Positions 29,201 to 40,846 of a stretch of 64,000 nucleotides of DNA are shown here, in pieces. Source of the DNA: Eledone cirrhosa. Taxonomy: Eukaryota. Position 1 is the first letter of the stretch, and every line of letters starts with the position of its first letter. The position numbers were made by a program, and so were the translations under genes. The stretch is from the NCBI GenBank assembly GCA_964016885.1, contig OZ024757.1:39370001-39434000 (forward strand), read 5' to 3'. Below the pieces are notes generated by a model, which saw only the letters and a program-made list of their open reading frames with translations, was not told the DNA's origin and searched no databases.

Positions 29201-32100
29201 ACTTAAATGATTCTGAAATGGCTTAAACGGCATCAAAAATGGCAAAATGACTCAAAAATGGTTAAAACGACCTCATAAATGACTAAAATTACCATCAAAT
29301 GGTTAAAACTGCATCATAAATTACTAAAATGACTATCAAATGGCTAAAACTCTATCATAAATGACTAAATTGACTCTAAAATGGCTAAAATAGCATCATA
29401 AATGAGTAAAATGTCTCCAAAACAGCTAAAACGGCATCATAAATGACTAAAATGACCCTAAAATGTCTAAAAGAGCATCATGAATGATTCAATGGCTAAC
29501 CCGGGATCATAAATGACTAAAATGACTCTCAAATGACTACAACAGCATCATAGATGACTAATGTGTCCCCAAAATGGCTAACACGGCTCCTTAAATGACT
29601 AAAATCACGCTAAAATGGCTAAAACGGCCTCATAAATGACTAAAATGAGTACATAATAGCTAAGACGGCAGCATAAACGACTAGAATTACTCTAATATGG
29701 CTAAAACGGGATCATAAATGACTAAAATGACTAAAATGGCATCATAAATGACTAAAATGACACGAAAGTATATAAAACGGCATCATAAATGACTAAAATG
29801 ACTCACAAATGGGTAAATCTCTATCATAAACGACTAAAATGATTCTAAAATGCCTAAAATGGCTAAAATGGCATCATAAATGACTAAAATGACTCTAAAA
29901 TTATTAAAACGAACTTATAAATTACTGAAATGATTATAAAATGGCTAAAACTGCATCACAAACGACTAAAATGACAAAAACGGCATCATAAATGACTGAA
30001 AAACGGCATCATAAATGACTGAAATTACTCTAAAATGTCTAAAACGGTATCATAAATGACGAAAATGGTTAAAACTGCAACATAAACGACTAAAATGACT
30101 CTAATATGGCTAAAACAGTATTATACATGACTAAAATCTCTCTAAAATACCTAAAACGGCATCATAAATGACTAAAATGACTCTAAAATGGCTAAAACGG
30201 CATAATCAACAACTAAAATGATCCTACAATGTCTAAAATTGCTAAAACGGCATCATAAATGACTAAAATGAGTACATAATAGCTAAGACGGCAGCATAAA
30301 CGACTAGAATTACTCTAATATGGCTAAAACGGGATCATAAATGACTAAAATGACTAAAATGGCATCATAAATGACTAAAATGACACGAAAGTATATAAAA
30401 CGGCATCATAAATGACTAAAATGACTCACAAATGGGTAAATCTCTATTATAAACGACTAAAATGATTCTAAAATGACTAAAATGGCTAAAATGGCATCAT
30501 AATGACTAAAATGACTCTAAAATTATTAAAACGAACTTATAAATTACTGAAATGATTATAAAATGGCTAAAACTGCATCACAAACGACTAAAATGACAAA
30601 AACGGCATCATAAATGACTGAAATTACTCTAAAATGTCTAAAACGGTATCATAAATGACGAAAATGGTTAAAACTGCAACATAAACGACTAAAATGACTC
30701 TAAAATGGCTAAAACAGTATTATACATGACTAAAATTTCTCTAAAATACCTAAAACGGCATCATAAATGACTAAAATGACTCTAAAATGGCTAAAACGGC
30801 ATAATCAACAACTAAAATGATCCTACAATGGCTAAAACTGCATCATAAATGTCTAAAATTGCTAAAACGGCATCTTAAAATACTAAAATCACTCTGACAA
30901 TTCTAAAGCCGCATCATTTGCCATTCATCCTTACGGCGTCGATAAAATAAAGTACCAGTAATACACTGGGTAATTGCTGGGCTTGAGCCTAACGTAGAAA
31001 CAATTAATGATTAAAATGACCCTCAAATGGCTAAAACGGCATCATAAATGACTAAAATGACACTAACATGGCAAAACGTCTCCTTAAATGACTAAAATGA
31101 CTCTAAAATGGCTAAAACGGCATCATAAATGACTAAAATGACTGAAACGGTATCATAAACAACTATAATGACTCTAAAATGGCTTAAACGTCATCATAAA
31201 TGACTAAAATGACACTAACATGGCTAAAACGCCATCATAAATTTTTTTCAAATGACTAAAATTATTCTAAAATGACTAAAGCTGCATCATAAATGACTAA
31301 AATGTCCTTATAATGGATAAAACGGCAGCATAAATGACTAAAAATGACTCTAAAATTGCTATAATGTCATCATAAATGACTAAAATCACTTTAATATGGC
31401 TAAAACGGCATCATAAATGACTAGAATGAATCTAAAATGGTTAAAACGACATTATAAACGACTAAAATGACTCTACAATGGCTAAAACGGCATCATAAAT
31501 GACTAAAATGACTCTTAAATTGCTAAAACGGCATCCGAAATGACTAAATTCACTCTAAAAATATTAAACGGCATCATAAATGACTAAAACGGTTTCATAA
31601 ATGACTAAAATGACTCTACAATGGCTCAAACGGAATCATAAATGACTAAATTGACTCCAAATTAGCTAAAACTGCATCATAAATGACTAAAATGATTCTA
31701 AAATGGCTAAAACAGCCTCAGAAATGTCTAAAATGACGCTAAAATGGCTAAAGCTGCATCATAAATGACTAAAATGACTCTAAAAGGGCTAAAACCACAC
31801 CTTAAATGACTAAAATGAGCCTGAAATGGTTAAAACGGCTCCATGTGTGACTAAAACGACTGTAAAATGGCTATAGCGACACACAAAATGCTAAAACGCA
31901 TCATAAATGACTAAAATGACTCAAAAGTGGTTGAAACGGATTCTTAAATGGCTAAAATGACTTTAAAATAGCTAAAACAGCCTCATAGTTGACTGAAATG
32001 ACTTTAAAAGGGCTAAAACGGCGCCATAAATGACTAAAACCACTCTAAAATGGCTAAATCGACACCTGAAATGACTAAAATGAGTTTGAAATGGCTAAAA
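8217..32100 (-). repeat. Same satellite in reverse-complement (A-rich) orientation; ancestral ~41-bp monomer aaatgactaaaatgactctaaaatggctaaaacggcatcat
   Basis: Units ctaaaatgact / ctaaaacga / ctaaaatgg are exact reverse complements of the left block. Homogeneous with higher-order repeats to ~28600, then simpler and more diverged 41-mers. Confidence 0.97.
30917..31005 (+). mobile_element. Truncated SINE fragment inserted in the satellite
   Basis: tttgccattcatccttacggcgtcgataaaataaagtaccagta...aattgctgggcttgagcctaa aligns by eye to the SINE body at 63387-63510. Confidence 0.85.
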
Positions 32101-32704
32101 CTTGTTTAGCTAATATAAAGTTTTTTTTGCAAATTAAAGTTTCGTTTTAAACATTTAAGTGTTGATTTAGTGATTTAATTAGTTGTTTTGCCCAATTAGA
32201 GTTATTTTAGTCATATAGAGTGTTGATTTAGCCAATTAAAGTGTTGTCTTAGCTTTATATAAGTCGTTTTAATCATTTAAGTGTCGTATTAGGCATTTAA
32301 GAGTCGTTTTAGCCAAAGAGAGGCGTTTTAATCATTTCAGGAGTCGTTTTAGTCATTTAAATAGTTGTTTAGCCAATTATATGGACGTTTTAACCATTTA
32401 TAAGTCGTTTTATTCATTTAAGGGGGCATTCTAGCCAAATAGAATCATTATAGTAATTTAAAGTGTTCTTTTAGTCATTTAAGTTGTTGTTTTAGCCATT
32501 TAGAGTTATTTTAGTCAGTTGAGGTGTCATTTTAGTCAAATAGAATCGGTTTAGTCATTTGAAAAATCCCTTTACTCATTTAAAGGGTCGTTTTAGACAT
32601 TTAGTGTTGTTTTATCCATTTAAGAGTAGTTTCTTTTTGCCAAATAGAGTCGTTTTACTCATTTAAGGGGCCGCTTTAATCATTTAAGTGTCGTTTTAGT
32701 CATT
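32101..32704 (+). repeat. Highly degenerate satellite, T-rich orientation again (array edge)
   Basis: Recognisable ttttagcca/ttttagtcattta/gagtcgtttt motifs with many substitutions. Ends at a (TA)n run. Confidence 0.85.
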
Positions 32705-32756
32705 TATATATATATATATATGTTTTTATATATATATGTTTATATATATATATGTT

Positions 32757-32787
<31 letters not shown>

Positions 32788-33000
32788 ATATATAACTTTA
32801 TGTCGCATTCAACGATTAGAAAACTTCGTCATACCAATTTCATTTTGCAGAATATTCTCAACTCTTCTTCTTCCTTATCTTCTTTGTCCACTTATTCCTG
32901 AAAGGATCATCGAATCTATCAGAAACAACCGCCTTGAACTGATCCAACTGGGTCATTTTCACGTTTCTCCCTTCACATCTTAAACAATTGTTTACACCTT

Positions 33001-33064
33001 TTGGCACAAGACCAGCAATTAAACCAGTACATTACTGGTACTTTATTTTATCCACCCCGTAAGG
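33001..33064 (-). mobile_element. Truncated SINE fragment
   Basis: Reverse complement ccttacggggtggataaaataaagtaccagtaatgtactggtttaattgctggtcttgtgccaa matches the same SINE body. Confidence 0.8.
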
Positions 33065-33189
33065 CCCAGTTGATAAAGCCGCACCATCATCGCTTGATAA
33101 CACCAGGATGATAAATGTACATTTTCAAGATCAGTAACAACTAGCTACATTAGAATTATTTTTCTTTAAACTATCAGATGTTTAGCGTT

Positions 33190-33270
33190 AAAGAAAGTGC
33201 TAGAATTAATGCAAGCAATATTTCACAGCTCTGTCATAGTCAACTACGAATGGTTCGGCCCACACCTCTA
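33190..33270 (+). mobile_element. Degenerate partial copy of the mariner-like MITE at 53989/54325
   Basis: gcaagcaatatttcacagctctgtcatagtcaactacgaatggttcggcccacacctcta resembles gatttcacagcttcatagtcagcctatgaac...ccctcgta. Confidence 0.5.
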
Positions 33271-33318
33271 CGTATCTATATATATGTGTGTGTGTATATG
33301 TGTATATGCATCTATTTA

Positions 33319-33373
<55 letters not shown>

Positions 33374-33449
33374 TTTACATATATATATATATATATACAT
33401 ACACGTGTTTTGCAACTGGTCACTTGTGATTCTATAGACATGTTTTATG

Positions 33450-33617
<168 letters not shown>

Positions 33618-33858
33618 CTAATACCACCAATACTAATACCTAATTTTAGCTGGACCGGCAATCGCTCTGTGTAATCAGCTCCTGATTATTACTGGAATTC
33701 TATAAGAATCCAGCTTCTATAATTTTCGGCAAAGGCTTTGATAAACGCCAAGCAGCGAGAAACAGCTGTCAGCCTCTCTCCCAGCTTTTGCCGAAAATAT
33801 GTAAGTGACATAGTCACTACTTTAAAACTGATAGCGAATGGTCTTCTAAATGATTTTA

Positions 33859-33901
<43 letters not shown>

Positions 33902-33986
33902 TATATATATATATATACATGCCTTTCTATATGAGAGCTCGTGTTTATCTGTATAATTTACTTTCATAACTTCGTTCCTTCTATAG

Positions 33987-34212
33987 GAATCCAAGATAGA
34001 GACTTATCAAAGAATGTGGGCCTTCATGGAGAGTAGAGAACCAACAGTATTTACAAAAACATACGATGAAGGCATACAGTACGTCTTAGAAGGAAATTAT
34101 GCTTATCTTATGGAATCAACAATGATAGATTATATAACGCAACGAAACTGTGAATTAATGCAAGTCGGTGGACTTTTAGACACGAAAGGATATGGAATCG
34201 GTACACCAATGA
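33987..34212 (+). CDS. Ionotropic glutamate receptor, kainate (GluK/GRIK)-like; internal exon encoding the S2 ligand-binding segment
   Basis: Acceptor ttccttctatag|GAA and donor ATGA|gtaagt. Translates [75 protein letters not shown], a classic iGluR S2 ([23 protein letters not shown]). 226 nt, phase 1 end. Confidence 0.96.
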
Positions 34213-34270
34213 GTAAGTATCTATATCTATCTATCTATACACACACACACACACACATACACACACACAC

Positions 34271-34321
<51 letters not shown>

Positions 34322-35033
34322 AGGGTTGACAGATCCAGCATATTTATCAATGCCAGTACCGGTTGTATCTCAGCGCACTCCATGGGCAATGTAAGATACA
34401 TTATCAGAGTATGCACAAAGTTATTTGCTTCAACACAACACACGTAAAACGGGTGCCTATAAGGTTCCCGGACTCGAGTTTCTACCGCACTAATGCAGCA
34501 GTAAGGTGCACTGCACCATCTGTCTGCATATATTATGCAACAATGCACAATCGGCTTATGCGGCTTCATCAGCGGGTATCGCCTAATCAATAACCAATCG
34601 ACCGACAGAATCCTAAGACCAGTCTATGCCGGCCATGACTGTTTGTGACGACTGACACGGTAAAGCTATTAGCAACTGGTACCCGATAGGACTCTATCTC
34701 TCAACTAGCCACTGATTTACAAATTTTACGTGGGGACGGGAAGCTAAAAAGAATCAATCTTTTCGTTCCTGTCAGAAACCCTCAGCCAACGTGTCACAGA
34801 TGGCCATTAGAAATAGCAGTTCACATTGATATAAAATAGAATGGTAGTATTCGGTTCATGTCTCCAAGCCCCATGGCTAGAGGAAAGCGATGGTAACAAT
34901 CGTAGTGCCAAGAACCTTTAACGGACTTTAAATGCGATCATCCATTATATAGCAATATAGTAGCGAGCTGAAATGTGTCAGCCGCGTGCGTAGATAACCA
35001 GTCTATTTCACAACTTAACATATATATATATTA

Positions 35034-35090
<57 letters not shown>

Positions 35091-35183
35091 TACGAACATA
35101 GGTATATACATATATAGATACATACATACATACATACATACATACATACATACATACATACATACATACATACATACATACAT

Positions 35184-38046
35184 AATATTTTGTTATATGT
35201 TTCAGCTGTCACATTGCTATCATATAACACACATCTAAAACCACGCAATCAAGGTACAAACAAAAAGCCTGAACCAGCGTGGATGCGAAATTTAAAAAGC
35301 AAAATTTTGTCCCTGAGATGTATCTCACACATCGCAGTCGTTATGAAATGCAACATAGAGAGCAACTTCACACGATACCAGGAAGACCTAAAAAAAGTTA
35401 GAGAGACGATTTGGAGATACAAAATTTAAAACTTTGAACTCCAAATTACACCAGTTGAAACAACAACTCACAGCTACAACAGAAAGACTAAAATATAAGT
35501 CAACAGCACATAAACGACAAGTGCTAAATAGATTGTTTGCCAGAGATACTAAATCAGTTTATCGCAGCTTCGGTGGCAAAAGCTCAATCCCTGTAAATGA
35601 CACCCCTTCAAAAGAACAGGTTGAGAGCTACTGGAGATCTGTCTGGGAAACGGATGACGGATTCAACAGACAAACTAATTGGCTAAAAGACCTGTAACAG
35701 GACTACTGCCAACATGTCCAGACAAAACAATATGACATAGATGGGTCAATACTGGAAACAGCTCTACAGAAAATGTCGAATAGGAAATCACCAAGCCCAG
35801 ACCTCATTACAGGATACTGGTTGAAGAATTTCACTTTCTATCGGCAAGATCTCATACGGCTGTTTACAGAAACCCTTAAAGGCACACAAGAACTGCCCAG
35901 ATGGTTATCAACTGCCACTACTCTCCTCATTCCCCAAAATAGCCAAACCACCCTTGCTAAAAATTACCGCCCAATAGCCTGCCAAAACATCATGTATAAA
36001 TTATATATTGGGCGCCTTAACCGGTTCTTACAGGATCACTCTGCTACCAACATCATAACACCTGAGCAAGCTGGTGGAAAGAGGGAGGTGTGGGGTTGCA
36101 TAGACCACCTACTAACTAATAAAATTATTCAGGAAAAAACAACAAAGAATCGCAGAAACATGACTGTGGTGTGGCTGGACTATCAAAAAAGCATTTGATA
36201 GTGTACCTCATGGGTGAATTATTAAGGCTTTACAGTTAGCCAAAGTCCCACAACCATTGGTAGCTGCTGTTGAACGCCTGACCAAGAACTGGTACACCAA
36301 TTTGATTCTTAGAGGTGAGAAGGAGCAAGTTAAGACTGATAAGATACATTACCAGAAGGGCATCTTTCAGGGTGATAGCTTGTCAGTGCTACTCTTCTTT
36401 CTCTCACTAAATCCACTATCTTACCTACTCAGGAAACAAGGTGGACAAAGAAGTGGGTCCAGAAGTATCTCCCATCTTTTCTTTGTTGATGACCTGAAGC
36501 TGTATGGGCCAAATATAAATGACATCAAGAAACAATTGGACCTCATTACACAATTTTCAACAGACATCAAAATGAAATTTGGTGAGTCCAAGTGTGCATA
36601 TTTGGCAGTAAAACGTGGAAGAGATGTGCCCTCCTCTAGAAATCTAGAGATGAACGGCCTGACAATACAACCTCTACAGTCAGGTGACAACTACAGATAT
36701 CTTGGACAGGATGAGAATGTCAGATATGATGGACCCATAAATAAGGAGAGAACCAGAACTGAATACCTCAGAAGAGTAAAGAAAATATGGTCATCAGAAC
36801 TGTCAGCGTACAACAAATACATTGCCCACAATACTTATGCTGTGCCAATTCTAACGCCAACATTTGGCCTGCTGAACTGGTCATTGCAAGAACTAAGTGA
36901 GATGGATGTTAGAACTCGCAAACTTCTCAGTGTTACTGGGAACTTAAACACGCAAGGTCTAAAATCCATATTAACAACATATGAGACCCGGATAGTAACA
37001 CTGAAGCAATACCTTCAATAGAGGAAAAAGGTTGGCAACCATCTTGCCCAGGTTTATGAGCATGAAAAAAAAAATCATTAGAATAGCGACTGATCTGGAG
37101 GAGAGATATGGAATAAAGCCTGATATAAATCTCTCACCCAGAGAAATCGGAAGATCCTATTCAATGTTCAAACAAGATGAAAAAATTGACGAATTTACAG
37201 AAAAAGTTGTGCATGGATACTTGAGACGTAAACACAGACCATAGAGGGGATAAACCACTCAAAAAGCCTGGCATGGAGTTCCGACAAGTTTATGACATCA
37301 CACCTTGAGGGATATCTCTATGCAATACAGGAACAAGAACTCCCTACCAAATATCTGCTGCACAAAAGGGGAGGGCCATCAGCTGACAATAAATGTAGGC
37401 TATGTAAAACAAAGATCGAGGATGTAAGCCACATTGTTGCCAGCTGCGAAAGAATGTCATCTCGCTACTACCTCCCCATGAGACACGATGGGATAGCTAG
37501 AACCATCTGGAACGCACTTCGGAAAATTAACAACAAACGAGGAAGAATATATTGAGACAGATGGCACTAAGGAAACAGGTAGAACCTGAAAATAAAAACT
37601 GCCACCAAATTAAAGCACATCCGGCCTGATATTCCTGTTTGGGACCACACATTGAAAACGTGTTCTGTTGTGGAGATCAGCTGCCCACTTGTAAACGTGT
37701 AAACGTTGTCAGAATAATACAGGAGAAGGAGGATATCTACGGACCATTGATGAGGAGTTTACAAATCCAGTATCCAAGATACACCTTTAGCTTCATACTC
37801 ATCATTATTGGAGCTACGGGTTATATACCAACCCGCTTGGACCAAAGTATGACTGAACTTGGATTTGCGGACAAAGAGCGCAGCTCCCTAATTCATAGTC
37901 TACAAATGGCTGCGATAGCTGGCACCTTCAAAATTTGCAAAACATTCTTGCGTTTCAAGGGATGACAATTTCTTTTCTTTTACAACCTTGCCACCAGGAA
38001 GGTGGCCGGTCAAATAAATATACTCGAAATTAAGAGAAAAAGATAA
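35184..38046 (+). mobile_element. 5'-truncated, pseudogenised non-LTR retrotransposon with RT plus restriction-like endonuclease (R4/Dong-like)
   Basis: Frameshifted ORF pieces: KSPSPDLITGYWLK, NYRPIAC, WLDYQK|AFDSVPH, GIFQGDSLS, HLFFVDDLKLY, YRYLG (RT); CRLC..EDVSHIVASC zinc knuckle, RHD, RPDI..VEISCP (RLE). Several stops and frameshifts. Short 3' UTR ends at (CATA)n. Confidence 0.9.
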
Positions 38047-38071
38047 CATACATACATACATATGCATACAT

Positions 38072-38183
38072 ATGTATTTACATATGTAGGTGTATATGTA
38101 TGTATAGATGTACATACATATACATACATATGCATATGTATGTACATCTATACATACATATACACCTACATATGTAAATACAT
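38072..38183. repeat. Perfect palindrome of microsatellite-derived sequence (50-bp arms, 12-nt loop)
   Basis: 38072-38121 atgtatttacatatgtaggtgtatatgtatgtatagatgtacatacatat is the exact reverse complement of 38134-38183. Confidence 0.9.
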
Positions 38184-38421
38184 CTATACCTATACATACA
38201 TATATATATATACATACATATACGCATGTTTTTATATATCTATACATACATACATATTCATATATATATACATATGTATATATATATCTATACATACATA
38301 TGTATTTATATATCTATACATACATACATATACATATGTATATATATCTATAAATACATACATATACACACACACACACACATATACATATGTATATATA
38401 TCTATAAATACATACATACAT

Positions 38422-38460
<39 letters not shown>

Positions 38461-38585
38461 AATTAATAAAAACAATGAATAAAAACAAAGAAAGAGTTCC
38501 TTATATTAAAAAATTCATCATTTTACGATCGTTTCTAGGATATATATGTGTGCGTTGGTATGTTTATCTACACATATATATATAT

Positions 38586-38776
38586 ATAGGAACAAGTAAG
38601 ACCCCGACGGCTGAGCTCAAGCCGTTTCGTCGGCTAATTCTGGACTGAATTCGCCGTCGAAACGGCTTGAGCTCAGCTGCAAGGTCTTACTTGTTCCTAT
38701 TACCCACTCTACTACCCTAAGTATTGAGTACTTTGGTGCGTTATGGTCCACCTGGTTCCTTACCACATTTCCTTCG

Positions 38777-38780
<4 letters not shown>
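38586..38780. mobile_element. (TA)n-flanked insert with a ~115-bp GC-rich hairpin; same family as 60465-60590
   Basis: ataggaacaagtaagacc..gctgagctcaagccgtttcg / cgaaacggcttgagctcagc..ggtcttacttgttcctat. Reverse complement of 38701-38780 matches ggtggaccataac...tacttggggtagtagagtg at 60488-60535. Confidence 0.8.
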
Positions 38781-38831
<51 letters not shown>

Positions 38832-39115
38832 TAAAATAAGTGTTAATTGCTTCCAGGCCTTGAATAATCGGCAAATGTTCATAGATAAAAAGTTAAATGT
38901 AATTGTTTCAATCTACGAGCTTTTATTTGTGAAAATATTCCAGTAATTTTAGCTTTATCTCCCTTAGATTCCTTTAATTATTGAGTTATTTCCCTTACAT
39001 CCAGTATTATTCGTTACCACATGTTTGCCTTATTCCATATACAGTAATATTCGTTAACAAGTTTTTGCTATTATGATAGTAAGAAACTGATCTCCCTCTT
39101 TCTATCGGGTATATA

Positions 39116-40264
39116 AGAGTTTCTCAAACTTTTGGGGCTATCGCCCCACTCACAGGCACGTAATACTTTCAGTAGCCTCAACCCCTATTTCTAAAAAGAC
39201 CTGCCTACACGCAAATTGTAAATAATATATGATATACTAGCAGTGGTACCCGGTAGACCTAAAAACTGCATGCCTGGACAATATGTAAAGAAAATAAACC
39301 GAATATTCTGATGGCTGGATAATCTTTAAGATTTTCCTCGATGAAGCAGGAAAAATGCAGGTTTTCACCTAATGCGGGCCCTAGGGGATCAAGAAAATGA
39401 ATTTTTTTTATGTGCATAATATGCCTTGAAATCTCGGGAAAATCGGCTAGACGTAACGCCTCCAAAAAGCCCTAAGAAGCTGAAAAAATGAAGTTTTTCA
39501 CCTAATGCGGGCCCTAGGCCATAAGAAAGTTGGATTTTCTTTGCTTACGGTATGAAGAAGAGACTGACTAATACATAGTTACAATTTCAAGGAAATCGGT
39601 CTGACGTAACGCCTCAAAAAACCCCTAAAATGTTAAACAACGCAGTTTTTCACCTTAAGCGGGCCCTAGGAGAAAAGAAAAGTTGAATTTTATGTGCATA
39701 ACACTCCCTGAAACATAAGTAATACACATGTAAAGTTTGAAAAAAATGGGTTGGGTACTTCTCGAGTTTTAGGGATTCAAACACACACACACACAGACAT
39801 CCTCAAGGAAGTAACGTAATGCAGATAGTCAGACATACAGACAGATATTATAAAGGTGCGACGTTATATGTATGTATCTATCTAAAAAGAGAAAGACTAA
39901 GAATTATAGAGCGAGATCGCTAAATCGCCTAATGTGGTCCCTGGGGCATAGACAATTTGAAATATTTTTTGCTCAGAACTCCCTGAAACATAAGTATTAC
40001 ATGTGTAAAGTTTGAAAACAGTCGGTTGGGTGGTTCTCGAGTTTTAGGGATTCGAACTCACACACACACAGACAGACATCCTCAGTTTTATATATGTAGA
40101 TAAATAAATATTAAGTATTTTTATATTTAACTATATTTATATATAGTGTGTAACATTTCATGTTTAATATACTATTATATCATCTCTACCATCTCCTTAG
40201 GCTCCAGTGCCTCTGTGACTATCTCAACGCCCCGCAATGGGTAGTGCCCATTTTGAGATCCTCT
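39116..40264. mobile_element. hAT/Charlie-like MITE interrupted by a Helitron-like element
   Basis: Degenerate TIRs agagtttctcaaact... and ...ttttgagatcctct, similar to Charlie-type CAGnGGTTCTCAAACT ends. Confidence 0.5.
39237..40100 (-). mobile_element. Non-autonomous Helitron-like element with internal ~135-150-bp subrepeats
   Basis: On the minus strand it starts A|TCTACATATATAAAA followed by (TGTC)/(TG)n and ends ccgggtaccactgCTAG|T, i.e. TC...CTAG inserted in AT with no TSD. Subrepeat ttttcacctaatgcgggccctagg at ~39362, ~39495 and ~39647. Confidence 0.75.
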
Positions 40265-40394
40265 CGGCTATATGAAGAAATGTATTAGTTTTAAATTGAC
40301 ATATTTCTTTTGTAATGAAACATGATATATCATGATATATCATAACTAAAATTTATTTTCTTTCTTACTCTTACCTTCCTCTCTTTATCAACAG

Positions 40395-40666
40395 ATTCCC
40401 CGTATCGAGATAAATTATCGCTAGCAATTCTAGAATTGCAAGAAGGCGGTAAAATCCACGAACTTTACAACAAATGGTGGAAAGCCACGGGTACGTGTAA
40501 CCGTGATGAAAATAAAAAAGAATCAAAAGCGAATGCTTTAGGTGTTGAAAATGTGGGCGGCATATTTGTAGTTCTACTTGCTGGTTTGGCGCTTGCAGTT
40601 GTTGTGGCACTGATTGAGTTCACCTGGAGTTCAAAACGAAATGCTTCAGAAGACAGAGTCAGTAAG
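40395..40666 (+). CDS. Kainate-like iGluR exon: end of S2 plus M4 transmembrane helix
   Basis: Polypyrimidine tract with acag|AT, in frame with the previous exon (A|AT = Asn). NSPYRDKLSLAILELQEGGKIHELYNKWWKATGTC...ALGVENVGGIFVVLLAGLALAVVVALIEF. Donor AAG|gtgagt at 40666; alternative in-frame donor AGA|gtcagt at 40657. Confidence 0.95.
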
Positions 40667-40846
40667 GTGAGTAGCTATAATTTTAATATAAATATTCATC
40701 CAAGGATGATGGATAAAGAGAATATTGAACAAATGTTTGCTGCTATTTATTACACATTTTGTCAAACTTGCTACGGAAATAAACGAAGATATAGAAGATA
40801 TACAGAAAATAGAAGATATATAGAAAATATAATATTTATTATTGGT

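Noticed and set aside
1-32704. CRISPR array or telomere repeat
   Set aside because: No unique spacers or cas genes, and the context is eukaryotic. TTTTAG units are not TTAGGG/TTAGG arrays.
33679-33806. Possible extra exon ending at gtaagt (33801)
   Set aside because: All three frames from the nearest cag acceptor contain stops, and there is no iGluR similarity.
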